A DNA stretch of 64,000 nt, taken from a virus (Duplodnaviria; Caudoviricetes). The stretch lies in IMG/VR virus record IMGVR_UViG_3300037440_000399, positions 10,574 to 74,573 of that record. One strand, given 5' to 3'. The notes under the pieces were generated by a model. That model made no database searches. It was not told the DNA's origin and was given only the letters and a program-made list of their open reading frames with translations. The translations under genes were made by a program, and so were the position numbers. Positions 1 through 8,208 of this stretch are shown in pieces. Numbering within the stretch: position 1 is the first letter of the stretch; the number at the start of each line of letters is the position of its first letter.

Positions 1-375
1 GCACGGCGCGGCCATCCTGGCTTTGATCCGTCGTCGAGACCTCCGCCGCCCTCATCTCGAACGCGCGAATCCTACTGGCACCGCATACCGGCCGTCTGGA
101 AAGCGCTCACGGTGATTGCGGCTTTCGTCGGCGCCGGCGCTACGACGCAAGCCTATTTCGCGACGTACGTAACGACCGCGGAGCTCGAGACGCGACTCGC
201 CGGTCGCACTGCGCAGGTGGAGCGATTGCAGGATCAGATCCGCCAGCTCCGCGAGGCAGACGCTGCACAGGCGCGGGACGTCGAAGCGATCAAGGAGCTC
301 GCTGCCGAGACGCGCGCGGACGTCAAGCGATTGCTGCAGCACATGCTCGAAAACCCTCCGGAGCGCAGGCGATGA
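1..375 (+). CDS. 5'-truncated membrane-anchored coiled-coil protein, holin-like/lysis-associated
   Basis: Frame open from base 1; hydrophobic AVWKALTVIAAFVGAG then coiled coil; ATGA-coupled to the next gene. Confidence 0.55.
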   Translation, partial: ARRGHPGFDPSSRPPPPSSRTRESYWHRIPAVWKALTVIAAFVGAGATTQAYFATYVTTAELETRLAGRTAQVERLQDQIRQLREADAAQARDVEAIKELAAETRADVKRLLQHMLENPPERRR

Positions 376-779
376 GACTGTCCGCTGCAGCGCTGGGCGT
401 GCTTGCGATCACCTGCACGGTAGCCGGACGCGACACGCCTCAGGCGCCTGTGCAAGCAACCCCGCCGACAGACGAGTGCGTTTGCGAATGTGAACGCAAC
501 GACGACGCGGTCGCGGCTTGCAAGGCCGATCTAGCCGAGATGGCGGAGTCACTCCACGAGGCGCGTAGCAATGTGCGGACGCGCACACGCGTAGTGGAAG
601 CGTCCGGTCCGCCGCGTAAGTGCGGAGGCGACGCGCCAAAGATCACAGACGTGCCGACTGCGGCATGCGCGCCCGGCATGGTCTGCCTCGACGCTCGCTC
701 GCAGCGCGCACTGGCTGTCAACCTTGCCGCGTATGAGGCGTACGTGCGCAAGGTGCGAGCTTGCGAGAGTGAGCCTTGA
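372..779 (+). CDS. Putative spanin (Rz/Rz1-like) envelope protein
   Basis: N-terminal hydrophobic segment, coiled coil, Cys pairs, C-terminal CLDARSQRALAVNL helix; lysis-cassette position. Confidence 0.45.
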   Translation: MRLSAAALGVLAITCTVAGRDTPQAPVQATPPTDECVCECERNDDAVAACKADLAEMAESLHEARSNVRTRTRVVEASGPPRKCGGDAPKITDVPTAACAPGMVCLDARSQRALAVNLAAYEAYVRKVRACESEP

Positions 780-1078
780 GCCGCTGGAAATGCAGCCGCT
801 GCGTCCGCGTCAAGCTCTACTTCGTCGAAGAGCCCGTCGTAATGGCGGACTCGCCGCTGGATGCCAACGCTGCGCCGACGCGCGTTGTGACGGTTTGCGT
901 TGAGTGCTTGCAAGCACGATGGCGGAGACAAGGGTGGTGTGAGCTCTGCGGTGGGCTCCCGCATCGAGTGATCGACGGGACCTGTCGCGTCTGCGGGTTG
1001 CGTCACCAAGACGAGCCGCCCGCGGAGCCGAGCGGGCTGAACTCGAGTCCGATAGCTCTGTTTTTGGAAGACTTCTGA
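776..1078 (+). CDS. Cys-rich zinc-finger protein
   Basis: Four CxxC pairs; coupled overlap with the upstream gene. Confidence 0.6.
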   Translation: MSRWKCSRCVRVKLYFVEEPVVMADSPLDANAAPTRVVTVCVECLQARWRRQGWCELCGGLPHRVIDGTCRVCGLRHQDEPPAEPSGLNSSPIALFLEDF

Positions 1079-1095
1079 CCGAAAGGATCGAACAC

Positions 1096-1293
1096 ATGTC
1101 ACTACTCAGCATCATCGTCGCGCTCGTCGTTGTCGGCGTGCTGCTCTACGTCGTCAACTCGCTGATCCCGATGGACGCGAAGGTCAAGACGATTTTGAAC
1201 ATCGTCGTCGTCATCGTGCTCGTACTCTGGCTGCTGAGCGCGTTCGGTCTGCTCGACGCGATCGGTACAGTGCGCGTCCCGCGAGCCAACTGA
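1096..1293 (+). CDS. Small two-TM membrane protein (Thivi_2564-like), holin candidate
   Basis: Two hydrophobic helices separated by IPMDAKVKTIL; directly upstream of the endolysin. Confidence 0.7.
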   Translation: MSLLSIIVALVVVGVLLYVVNSLIPMDAKVKTILNIVVVIVLVLWLLSAFGLLDAIGTVRVPRAN

Positions 1294-1799
1294 TGACGTC
1301 CGCGATTCTCTTGGCCATGCTGGCTCAGCCGCCCTACTACGCCGACCGTCACGACCCGCCGGAGTCCCGCCGCCAGCTCTACACGCCGATCGCCGAGGCC
1401 ATCGGCAGCGCCGCGCGGGGTGACCGTGACGTCGTGTCGGCGCTGCTCTCACATTCTTGGCACGAGACCAAGTGGGGCCGGCTAATAGTTACCGGCCAGT
1501 GTCGCCGAATGCCCAAGGGTCAACGCTGCGACGAGGGACGCGCCAGGACGGTCTTTCAGGTTCACGGCTGGTGCCGAGGGGCGTTCGCCTCGCCGGACGG
1601 TTCCAGGGCCAGTCTCGAGGCCGGGGCGCGCTGCGCAGCGTCGATGCTACGTGCGGGCCGCGCTCGGTGCCGCTCGTGGCTCGGCGCGTTCGCCGGCATG
1701 CGGGGTTCGTTCGCGTGCACGAGTCCGGCGGCACCCGCCCGCGTTGCCACCATGCGCCGAGTTGCCGCGCTGCTTGACGGATCCCGCCCTAGTACGTAA
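1293..1799 (+). CDS. Putative endolysin, lysozyme/lytic-transglycosylase fold
   Basis: SWHET (catalytic Glu-like) followed by GRARTVFQV motif; hydrophobic N-terminus; last gene before the terminator. Confidence 0.6.
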   Translation: MTSAILLAMLAQPPYYADRHDPPESRRQLYTPIAEAIGSAARGDRDVVSALLSHSWHETKWGRLIVTGQCRRMPKGQRCDEGRARTVFQVHGWCRGAFASPDGSRASLEAGARCAASMLRAGRARCRSWLGAFAGMRGSFACTSPAAPARVATMRRVAALLDGSRPST

Positions 1800-1823
1800 G
1801 TTCTAGCCACCCACCCGCAATCG

Positions 1824-2084
1824 TCAGCCCCGGGAGCCCCGCCGCTCTCGGGGCTTTTTCTTTGTCTGGCGCTCCCGGATCTGCTCCCATTCCTGGGTCT
1901 CGCCGTCGATCATCGATTCAATGATCTCCGCGCGGCTGTAGCCAGAGGCGTCGCTAATCGCGTCGAGCTTGCGGACATAATCCGCCGGCAACCAAACCTC
2001 AAGCCGACGCAGACCACGCGCCCGGCGCTCTGCCGACGTCTGGCTCATCTGTACTCCCGCACACTCGCTGCTACCACAACCCAC
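1824..2084 (-). CDS. Ribbon-helix-helix (CopG-like) DNA-binding protein
   Basis: RLEVWLPADYVRKLDAISDASGYSRAEIIESMI is a beta-helix-helix pattern; the true start may be the MSQT Met. Confidence 0.7.
   Translation of the reverse strand: MGCGSSECAGVQMSQTSAERRARGLRRLEVWLPADYVRKLDAISDASGYSRAEIIESMIDGETQEWEQIRERQTKKKPRERRGSRG
1826..1864 (+). terminator. Rho-independent terminator ending the late operon, between convergent genes
   Basis: agccccgggagc-cccgcc-gctctcggggct hairpin followed by ttttcttt. Confidence 0.85.
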
Positions 2085-2320
2085 AGCCCGCCCTCGCGCA
2101 CGACCCGCGCCGTCACGTCGATCTGCGTCGCCCGCGACCGGTGCCGGTACGCAGCGGGTCGGCCCGGCTCCGCATCTGCCGTGAGGCGCGCTCCGAGCAG
2201 CATCCCCGTGAGCTCCCGTCGCGCCTGTTCGTCTCCGCAGCGCTGATGCTCCTGATAGGTGCGGGCAGCGGCGAGCGTGACGTACAGGCTCTCGGCGGGC
2301 AGCGTGTCAGTCGTCGACAT
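2045..2320 (-). CDS. Hypothetical protein
   Basis: Coupled in the leftward cassette. Confidence 0.6.
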   Translation of the reverse strand: MSTTDTLPAESLYVTLAAARTYQEHQRCGDEQARRELTGMLLGARLTADAEPGRPAAYRHRSRATQIDVTARVVREGGLWVVVAASVREYR

Positions 2321-2465
2321 TTTCGAGCTCCACGATCTGCTCGTACACCCGATCCCGCTCGCGGACGCGCCGCGCGCGCTCGCTCGCCTGCATGTGCTCC
2401 TCGGGCTCGCAAATCGATTCGTTGAGGGTCTCGAGGCGGGCGCGGAGGGATTCGGCGGTGATCAT
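2307..2465 (-). CDS. Small helical hypothetical protein (52 aa, not in ORF track)
   Basis: Hand translation MITAESLRARLETLNES...ELENVDD; ATGA overlap with the upstream gene. Confidence 0.55.
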   Translation of the reverse strand: MITAESLRARLETLNESICEPEEHMQASERARRVRERDRVYEQIVELENVDD

Positions 2466-2665
2466 GCGCGCGCTCGCGACGCGCACTTACGGGCCGACTC
2501 CAAGGCGTGATCGGCCGACGCATATCCGCCATCGGTCCACGTGTGCAGGCCGTCGTATTGTTCCAGGTCGACCACGTACCCGTAAGTCCCGCGTACATAT
2601 CCGTCCGAGCCGTCACTGAGGTACACGCGCACGTTGCTCTTTGTCGTGTAGACTGTTTTGGTCAT
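2462..2665 (-). CDS. Hypothetical protein
   Basis: SD (aaggacgga) upstream, coupled stop. Confidence 0.6.
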   Translation of the reverse strand: MTKTVYTTKSNVRVYLSDGSDGYVRGTYGYVVDLEQYDGLHTWTDGGYASADHALESARKCASRARA

Positions 2666-2737
2666 CGTCTCATCCGTCCTTTCGGGCTGACTCGCCCCGG
2701 GCCTGCTCGCGATAGCTCACGGGCAGGGCCGGAGAGG

Positions 2738-3037
2738 TCAGCGCTCCACGGAGAGCCAACGGACCGTGCGGACGCGCTTGGCATCGAGCAACCCGCCGAC
2801 GGTAGCCAGCACTTTGCGGCCCCGGCGCTCACGCAGGTCGATTCGCGTCCCATTGTCGAGCACGTCTCGCTGCTCGGCCGCGAAGCTCTCGAGATATGCC
2901 GTGGCGGACCCGAGTGAGGTGAACCGGCGTGCGCCGCGTCCGAACCACTGGCCATTGCCGCCGCGCTGCAGTTTCTCTACTTCGTACTGAGTTTTTGTCA
3001 TCGTCTTGAGCATCTCGACTCGGATTTCGTTTGCCAT
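2738..3037 (-). CDS. Hypothetical protein, first gene after a leftward promoter
   Basis: SD aggaga upstream. Confidence 0.65.
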   Translation of the reverse strand: MANEIRVEMLKTMTKTQYEVEKLQRGGNGQWFGRGARRFTSLGSATAYLESFAAEQRDVLDNGTRIDLRERRGRKVLATVGGLLDAKRVRTVRWLSVER

Positions 3038-3088
3038 GGGTCTCTCCTACGGTGCACGCCGCGGGCTGCGGCGTGATGTGATGGTCTA

Positions 3089-3117
3089 TATATAGCGACC
3101 GGTGTCCGGACACGCAA
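3089..3117 (-). promoter_or_regulatory. Sigma70-type promoter with a palindromic operator in the spacer
   Basis: Minus strand TTGCGT-N17-TATATA; perfect palindrome GTGTCCGGACAC at 3102-3113. Confidence 0.7.
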
Positions 3118-3144
3118 GGGAAAAACGCCATGCCCGGTCGATTT

Positions 3145-4536
3145 TTACGATCCAGCCTTTTTCGGCTGCCCGTCGAGCTCACGGAGCGCGTCGAGAGCCC
3201 GCATCACGGCGCCATGGTTCTGACCTTCGCGCGTTGCAGCCCACTCAGTTATTGAACCCTTGGGATTCCACCGCGTGCTCTGGAGCTCGGTCCAGGCGGC
3301 CCGCAACCGAGCCTCGGCGGCTTCGGCGCTCTTCTTATATTCGGCTGCCTTGCGCCCGTATGTCTCTGCTTTCTGGCGATTGTAGCCGGGTGAGTTGCCG
3401 TCCTTTTCGGCCCACTCCGCCAGCTCGCGTCGGGCGGCATCGAGCTGCTCTTGCATCTTCTTTTGCACGTCAACGGCGGACTTGAATGTCTCAAGTCGCC
3501 CTTGTGCAACGCGCTGCAGACGCTCACACTCCGCCCGCGTCCCCGCCAGCTCCTCGGTCAGCTTGGCGACGTAACTCTCTACCCGGAGCAATAGCGACGC
3601 GGGCGCAACTGCCTCGGGCGAGCCCTCGAGCAGCTTGGCGAGGCGTTGTTCCAATGTTTCGTAGGCCTCGGTGCGGCGCCTTTCGGCGGCCAGCTCCTCG
3701 GTCAGCTTGGCGACGGTGGCGCGGAGCTCTTGTGCGTCGACCCATTCTTGTGCGCGCACCTTCTGCAAGGCCAGGTGGCGCCGTTCCATGTTCGCGATCG
3801 TGCCGCGCAAGTCCTCCTCGTCGATCTTCTCCACCGTCTCGCACTCCGCAGGACGCTTCCCGGTACCCCCGCACTGCGAACAGAGCAGCATCTGATCGGC
3901 CGGGTTGCGCACCAGCGGATAGCCGGTGCCGTTGCAGGCTTTGCACGCGTACGGATAAGGCCTTTGTTGATCCATCCTCCAGCCATCGCCGCCGCATTGC
4001 GGGCACGTCGCGGCTTCGGCGGGCAGGGGCTCGGCCTTGCGCTTCGTCGCGTCGATCGTCATGCGTGCCCAATGAGCAGCATCAACCAGATCGCGGACCA
4101 GATCGCGCACATCTTCATCGTCGGTGTCGACGTTGCTTAGCCACTCGTTGGCTGCGCTGATCGCGTCATCGAGCGCCTCGTGAGCACGCATCGGAGCGGC
4201 TTCGGGTGACGGGGGCTCGGCATGTGCCTTGTCCCAACACGCATCGCAAACGGTAAAGGCAGCGCCGCCCTGGGCTTTCGTGCGCAGCTTGCCGCAGCGT
4301 GTGCACGGGTAGAGCGGCTCGGCAGTGCCGGCCGTAGTCGGTGGCTCGATCATGTATCCCGACAGTGGCAGGACGCCGGTCGTAGTCGGCGGGGGCTCGT
4401 CGCCAGCGTATTTCGGCAGCGCGTCGATGCGGGCATGCGCGGCGCGAAACGCCTCGACGATAGCGGCTCGATAAGTGATCGGATCGCCGTTGTGTACACC
4501 ATTGGTTAGAGCAGCATGCAATTCATCCGGCGTCAT
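3145..4536 (-). CDS. Protein with DnaJ-type CxxCxGxG zinc fingers and a long coiled coil
   Basis: CPQCGGDG, CKACNGTG and CSQCGGTG plus a CxxC pair; start reassigned to MTPDELH. Confidence 0.65.
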   Translation of the reverse strand: MTPDELHAALTNGVHNGDPITYRAAIVEAFRAAHARIDALPKYAGDEPPPTTTGVLPLSGYMIEPPTTAGTAEPLYPCTRCGKLRTKAQGGAAFTVCDACWDKAHAEPPSPEAAPMRAHEALDDAISAANEWLSNVDTDDEDVRDLVRDLVDAAHWARMTIDATKRKAEPLPAEAATCPQCGGDGWRMDQQRPYPYACKACNGTGYPLVRNPADQMLLCSQCGGTGKRPAECETVEKIDEEDLRGTIANMERRHLALQKVRAQEWVDAQELRATVAKLTEELAAERRRTEAYETLEQRLAKLLEGSPEAVAPASLLLRVESYVAKLTEELAGTRAECERLQRVAQGRLETFKSAVDVQKKMQEQLDAARRELAEWAEKDGNSPGYNRQKAETYGRKAAEYKKSAEAAEARLRAAWTELQSTRWNPKGSITEWAATREGQNHGAVMRALDALRELDGQPKKAGS

Positions 4537-4747
4537 CGTCTTCTCCTCGAATCCGCGCAAGCTCGCCGGGCCAGAGATGTGGCGGAGTCGGCTCCTCCCG
4601 ATAGCCCGGGCAGTCGTTGTCGCAGTAGCTGTTGGCACACGCGAGCGGAACGGACCGTCCGCGTGGCACCTTGCGCTTGTCGCATCGCGAGCAGTAGACG
4701 ATGCGCTCGCATTCCGTTGTGCACTCGGCGTATTCATCCGTTGTCAT
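4523..4747 (-). CDS. Small Cys-rich hypothetical protein
   Basis: CSRC/CANSYC motifs; ATGA coupling. Confidence 0.55.
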   Translation of the reverse strand: MTTDEYAECTTECERIVYCSRCDKRKVPRGRSVPLACANSYCDNDCPGYREEPTPPHLWPGELARIRGEDDDAG

Positions 4748-4958
4748 CGGGTAACCTTAGCCAAAGCGGCTTCGTTTCCAGCTGCATCCCGCGCTCCAGG
4801 CCAAGCGTCACGATCGCGCGAATCTCGGCGACGGTTAGCTCGCTGGATAAGTACACGTGAGTGATCGTGTCGCGCAGCGCACACGCTGTCGGGTTGTTTT
4901 CCACGAGGCTCCGCGCGTCGATGCGCGGGCTCATGGGGTAGGTGTCATCCGTTGCCAT
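4734..4958 (-). CDS. Hypothetical protein
   Basis: Coupled ORF in the leftward operon. Confidence 0.55.
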   Translation of the reverse strand: MATDDTYPMSPRIDARSLVENNPTACALRDTITHVYLSSELTVAEIRAIVTLGLERGMQLETKPLWLRLPDDNG

Positions 4959-5277
4959 CTTGCTTCCCTCCCGCGGCGAGCGCTTCAGCAGCTGCGTGCA
5001 GGTGAGCTCCAGTTAACTCGTACAGCTTGCCCTTGTACGAGTAGGCCAGCGCGCCACTTAGCGTCTCGTTGCTACTGTCGAATCGCGCGAAGTCTGCGAA
5101 GGGCTTCAGCGCCCGCTCCAAAACCTCGACGCGGGCGCGGAGTCTGTCGCGTTCGTCGGCGGCCTCTCCCAGCTGCCGTTTCAGTCGTAAGTTTTCCGCT
5201 CGCTCGTGGGCGCCGCATGTGCACGCCGGGTCGAGTTCGAACTGCACGACTAGTTCGCAGTGTTCCTCGTGTTGCAT
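4945..5277 (-). CDS. Hypothetical protein (HxxxC...CTCG metal motif + coiled coil)
   Basis: Start reassigned to MQHEEHCEL. Confidence 0.55.
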   Translation of the reverse strand: MQHEEHCELVVQFELDPACTCGAHERAENLRLKRQLGEAADERDRLRARVEVLERALKPFADFARFDSSNETLSGALAYSYKGKLYELTGAHLHAAAEALAAGGKQDGNG

Positions 5278-5278
5278 G

Positions 5279-5551
5279 TCATTCCTTTGCGGGCGAGAGG
5301 GCGCGGATGGCTGCGGCCAAGTCGCGGCAGGTCCCCTCGTATGGGCCGACATACGACGGCGGGCCGCCTATCTGTGCACGTGCGGCGGACGCTTCACGAT
5401 CACACACCCGCGCGGCTTCCTCGAGTGCCGCGGCGCGCACGGCGGCGCGGTCTGCCAGGATATGGTTTGCCGCTACGTGCGCATTTGGTGACGCGGCGAG
5501 ACGAACGAGCAGACTACCCGCGCTCTCGATGCGCTCGGCGTTGTCAGCCAT
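5279..5551 (-). CDS. Hypothetical protein
   Basis: Start MADNAERIES; AALEEAARVCD...AAAIRAL is a common phage motif. Confidence 0.55.
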   Translation of the reverse strand: MADNAERIESAGSLLVRLAASPNAHVAANHILADRAAVRAAALEEAARVCDREASAARAQIGGPPSYVGPYEGTCRDLAAAIRALSPAKE

Positions 5552-5738
5552 GATCCGACACCTTTCGCAGCGCAGCCGCCGCATTCCGCAGTCGCGCCAG
5601 GTCTGTTTCGTCGATCTTGGTACCGCGCTTGCCGCTGAACACCGCGCCGCGAACTGGCGCGAATCGCTCGAAGGGTTTCAGCGCGCGGAGGAGGGCGTCC
5701 ACGGCGCGGCGGATGCGCTCGGCGTTGTCGTCAGCCAC
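5544..5738 (-). CDS. Hypothetical protein
   Basis: GTG start; N-terminus is similar to the downstream neighbour. Confidence 0.55.
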   Translation of the reverse strand: MADDNAERIRRAVDALLRALKPFERFAPVRGAVFSGKRGTKIDETDLARLRNAAAALRKVSDHG

Positions 5739-5988
5739 GCCGCCCCGCTTTCGGCTTGGGCCTGCCGCGTTTCTTTGGTTGCGGCTTCCGCGCCGTCACC
5801 CGCAGCGCTTCGCGGACTTCGGTCTGCAGCGCGTCCCATTCCTTGCGCCGCAGAGCGCAGGCCGCGCGCACGTCAGTCGGCACGTCGTCGCGCTGGGCGC
5901 AGTTGTAGGCGATGTTCGAGAGCAACGAGCCGGCGAGTTGAGACTTGCGGAGGGCCAGCTGCGCGCGTGTAAGTTTGGCGAGTGCCAC
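5731..5988 (-). CDS. Hypothetical protein
   Basis: Coupled ORF. Confidence 0.55.
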   Translation of the reverse strand: MALAKLTRAQLALRKSQLAGSLLSNIAYNCAQRDDVPTDVRAACALRRKEWDALQTEVREALRVTARKPQPKKRGRPKPKAGRRG

Positions 5989-6383
5989 TACCGCCCCCTC
6001 GCGCGCTTTGCCCGGTCGGGAATCTCGATCCTCGATCCCGGCGCGATCGGCTCCGGCTCGCGCAGCAACGCGGCGGGAATGGCGGGCGCTTCGTAGGGAT
6101 CTGCTTCCGGGAACTCTGCATCCATGGGCGCCTGCTTATCGCTGTCGGGCGTCGCTGTGCCAAATGGAGGCTCCGGCTCACTCTGCAGCGGCGGCGTGCG
6201 CAGATGCTCAGGCAAAAGAGACGCGGCTTCTAAAACCCGCCGCACCTCGGGCGCCAGGCCTTGGACGACGTCCTGCCGCATGCGCTCGTAGTAGGCGGCT
6301 CGGCGGGCCCGGTCGTGGGCTTCGAGCTTGTCGATGCGGACGAGCTTGTGGGAGATGCGTAGGGCGATTTGGACGGGGTTCAT
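5988..6383 (-). CDS. Hypothetical protein
   Basis: Coupled to the recT stop. Confidence 0.6.
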   Translation of the reverse strand: MNPVQIALRISHKLVRIDKLEAHDRARRAAYYERMRQDVVQGLAPEVRRVLEAASLLPEHLRTPPLQSEPEPPFGTATPDSDKQAPMDAEFPEADPYEAPAIPAALLREPEPIAPGSRIEIPDRAKRARGR

Positions 6384-7285
6384 TCGTCGTCACTCCCCGG
6401 CTCGCGCACCTCTCCGGTTTCCGAATCGAATTCCGCCGGCGCGTCCGGAACTTCCTCGCCCGCGGCCTCGAGCTCACCGCGCGCCGCGATGCCAGTCGAA
6501 AGCAGTGCGCTCTTGGTTTCCTCGTCGAGCTCCGCGAGCTGTCCGCCACGGTCGGCAGCCTCGTCGAGGGATACGGCGTGCGCGAATTCGGCAGACTGCG
6601 GCATCCACGGCGCGAGCGCGCGGACGGCGGTCTTGAGCGCCATAGGCTCGTAGTCCGTGACCCACGGGCCCACCTGTGACGCACGCGAGCGCGCGCGTCT
6701 CGCCTCGACCTGGGCTCGCGTCAGCACCTGAAACTCCGGCTCGCCATTCTTGACTTGCGCTACCGAGTAAACGTGCGTGATCCGCTTGCGCTCGCGGTCG
6801 GCGTCCTCGCTCGGGACGTGGTGCACCATGCGCTTGGTGCCGAGCTGGTAACGGAAATCGTCACCCTCGCGAACGGCGTATGCGTAGACGTTCGTGACCA
6901 TGCCGCTGCGGCGCGCCAGCTCGATCATGCCCTTGTATCCAATGATGAGCGTGCACTCGAGTGTGCCGCGTTTCTTGTTCTTGAATGGGATCAGATAGGC
7001 GTGACCGAGCGGCGTGCACGGCTCGAGACCAAGCTGCGCGCACTGGATGACGCAGCCGAGAAAGCTTGCTGGCGTGCAGTCCGCGAGCTGCGGCACGGTG
7101 CGCAGAGCGGTCGTTACGATGCGCGCCATGCGATCCGGGTTGACGTGACGCGGCAGCGCGCGCGCGATCTCTGGCGAGAGCTTCTGCACCATCTGTGCGA
7201 GTGACTGCGGCGGCGCGTTGCCGTTGCCCGAGCGGGGTACGATTTGTCCGGTCTTGGTTGTCGTGGGGGTTGCCATTGGGCTCAT
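6380..7285 (-). CDS. recT: RecT-family single-strand annealing recombinase
   Basis: IARALPRHVNPDRMARI...SFLGCVIQCAQLGLEP...GHAYLIPF...IIGYKGMIELARRSG; SD aaggag at the reassigned start. Confidence 0.93.
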   Translation of the reverse strand: MSPMATPTTTKTGQIVPRSGNGNAPPQSLAQMVQKLSPEIARALPRHVNPDRMARIVTTALRTVPQLADCTPASFLGCVIQCAQLGLEPCTPLGHAYLIPFKNKKRGTLECTLIIGYKGMIELARRSGMVTNVYAYAVREGDDFRYQLGTKRMVHHVPSEDADRERKRITHVYSVAQVKNGEPEFQVLTRAQVEARRARSRASQVGPWVTDYEPMALKTAVRALAPWMPQSAEFAHAVSLDEAADRGGQLAELDEETKSALLSTGIAARGELEAAGEEVPDAPAEFDSETGEVREPGSDDE

Positions 7286-8208
7286 GCTCCTTTTGCTTGT
7301 TTGGGTCGTTTTACTCGCAGCACGCGGCTTGTTGTTTCCGCGACTGCGTGGGCTTTTCTGGTTTGCGCTTTCCACTCGAGAACCGTGCCATCTGGGAGCG
7401 CGCCGCGCGTGGCGGCCCCGAGAGCGAGCTTCAAAGTGTTTTCGGCTTCTGTCTTTCGGACAGCGATCGCCTTTTCTTGCGCCTTGCAGTCCTCGAGCTC
7501 GTCGGCCACATCGATCAGGACTGCCGGCAACACGAGAGCTTCTCCCGTGTCGCGCGGATACATGTCGTGCAGCGCGCGCTTCGAGCTCTCGGAGCCGTCC
7601 GGAGCGGGAGGCTCCAGTGCCCGGACGCGCCGCCAAAAAGCTTCACCGTGATGGATTAGCTTGCGCTCAAGTACGTCGTCCCGCTCGACGTCGCACCACA
7701 CGAGTTTCTGTCCGCCGATCAGGCACGCAATCGTCGCGCGCTCGCAACCGGTCACAAGCATCTGCCACGCGACTTGGAGGCGGTAGAGTTCCGGCGGTCC
7801 GTCCACCCACTCCTCGCCCTTGTGAGCGCCGGTGGTTTTGATCTCGAGCGGCCAGTACGGGCCTAGCTCCGCCGTCGCCGTCCAAGCGTCGAGCGTTGCC
7901 AATGCCCACGGGTAGCGCGTCGAGCGCAGCAGCAGCCCGCCCTTATCGACGAATCGCGCGGAGCGCTCGGCGTACACCTCGACGACTACGCCCTCGAGCC
8001 GGGTTCCCCAATAGACCAGCTCGCTATCGCTCAGGTCCGGCGGTTCCACTGTCCCGGTTTTCTCCGCGTAGAGTTGCAGCGGAGCCTTCCACGGGGACGC
8101 ACCGAGCAGCACGGCTGCCTCCGACGCGCCGATGCCGGTCTTGCGCTGGCGGTGCCATTCGGCCTGATCGTCGGCTGCGCGGCAGACGATTTCGTATTGG
8201 TCGCTCAC
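7282..8208 (-). CDS. YqaJ-like viral recombinase/exonuclease
   Basis: WHRQRKTGIGASEAA...LYAEKTG...WGTRLE...LEIKT...YRLQVAWQM; adjacent to recT. Confidence 0.92.
   Translation of the reverse strand: MSDQYEIVCRAADDQAEWHRQRKTGIGASEAAVLLGASPWKAPLQLYAEKTGTVEPPDLSDSELVYWGTRLEGVVVEVYAERSARFVDKGGLLLRSTRYPWALATLDAWTATAELGPYWPLEIKTTGAHKGEEWVDGPPELYRLQVAWQMLVTGCERATIACLIGGQKLVWCDVERDDVLERKLIHHGEAFWRRVRALEPPAPDGSESSKRALHDMYPRDTGEALVLPAVLIDVADELEDCKAQEKAIAVRKTEAENTLKLALGAATRGALPDGTVLEWKAQTRKAHAVAETTSRVLRVKRPKQAKGA

Noticed and set aside
1824-2320. RHH antitoxin/toxin pair
   Set aside because: The neighbour has no recognisable toxin motif, and the RHH is last rather than first in the operon
4537-4737. 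N-terminal extension of the 530-aa ORF
   Set aside because: Fully overlaps the coupled 74-aa gene; the SD-supported start is at 4536
4857-5972. 371-aa plus-strand ORF (and similar long Arg/Ala-rich ORFs such as 3486-4160 and 5945-6679)
   Set aside because: Antisense shadows of coupled minus-strand genes, as expected at high GC
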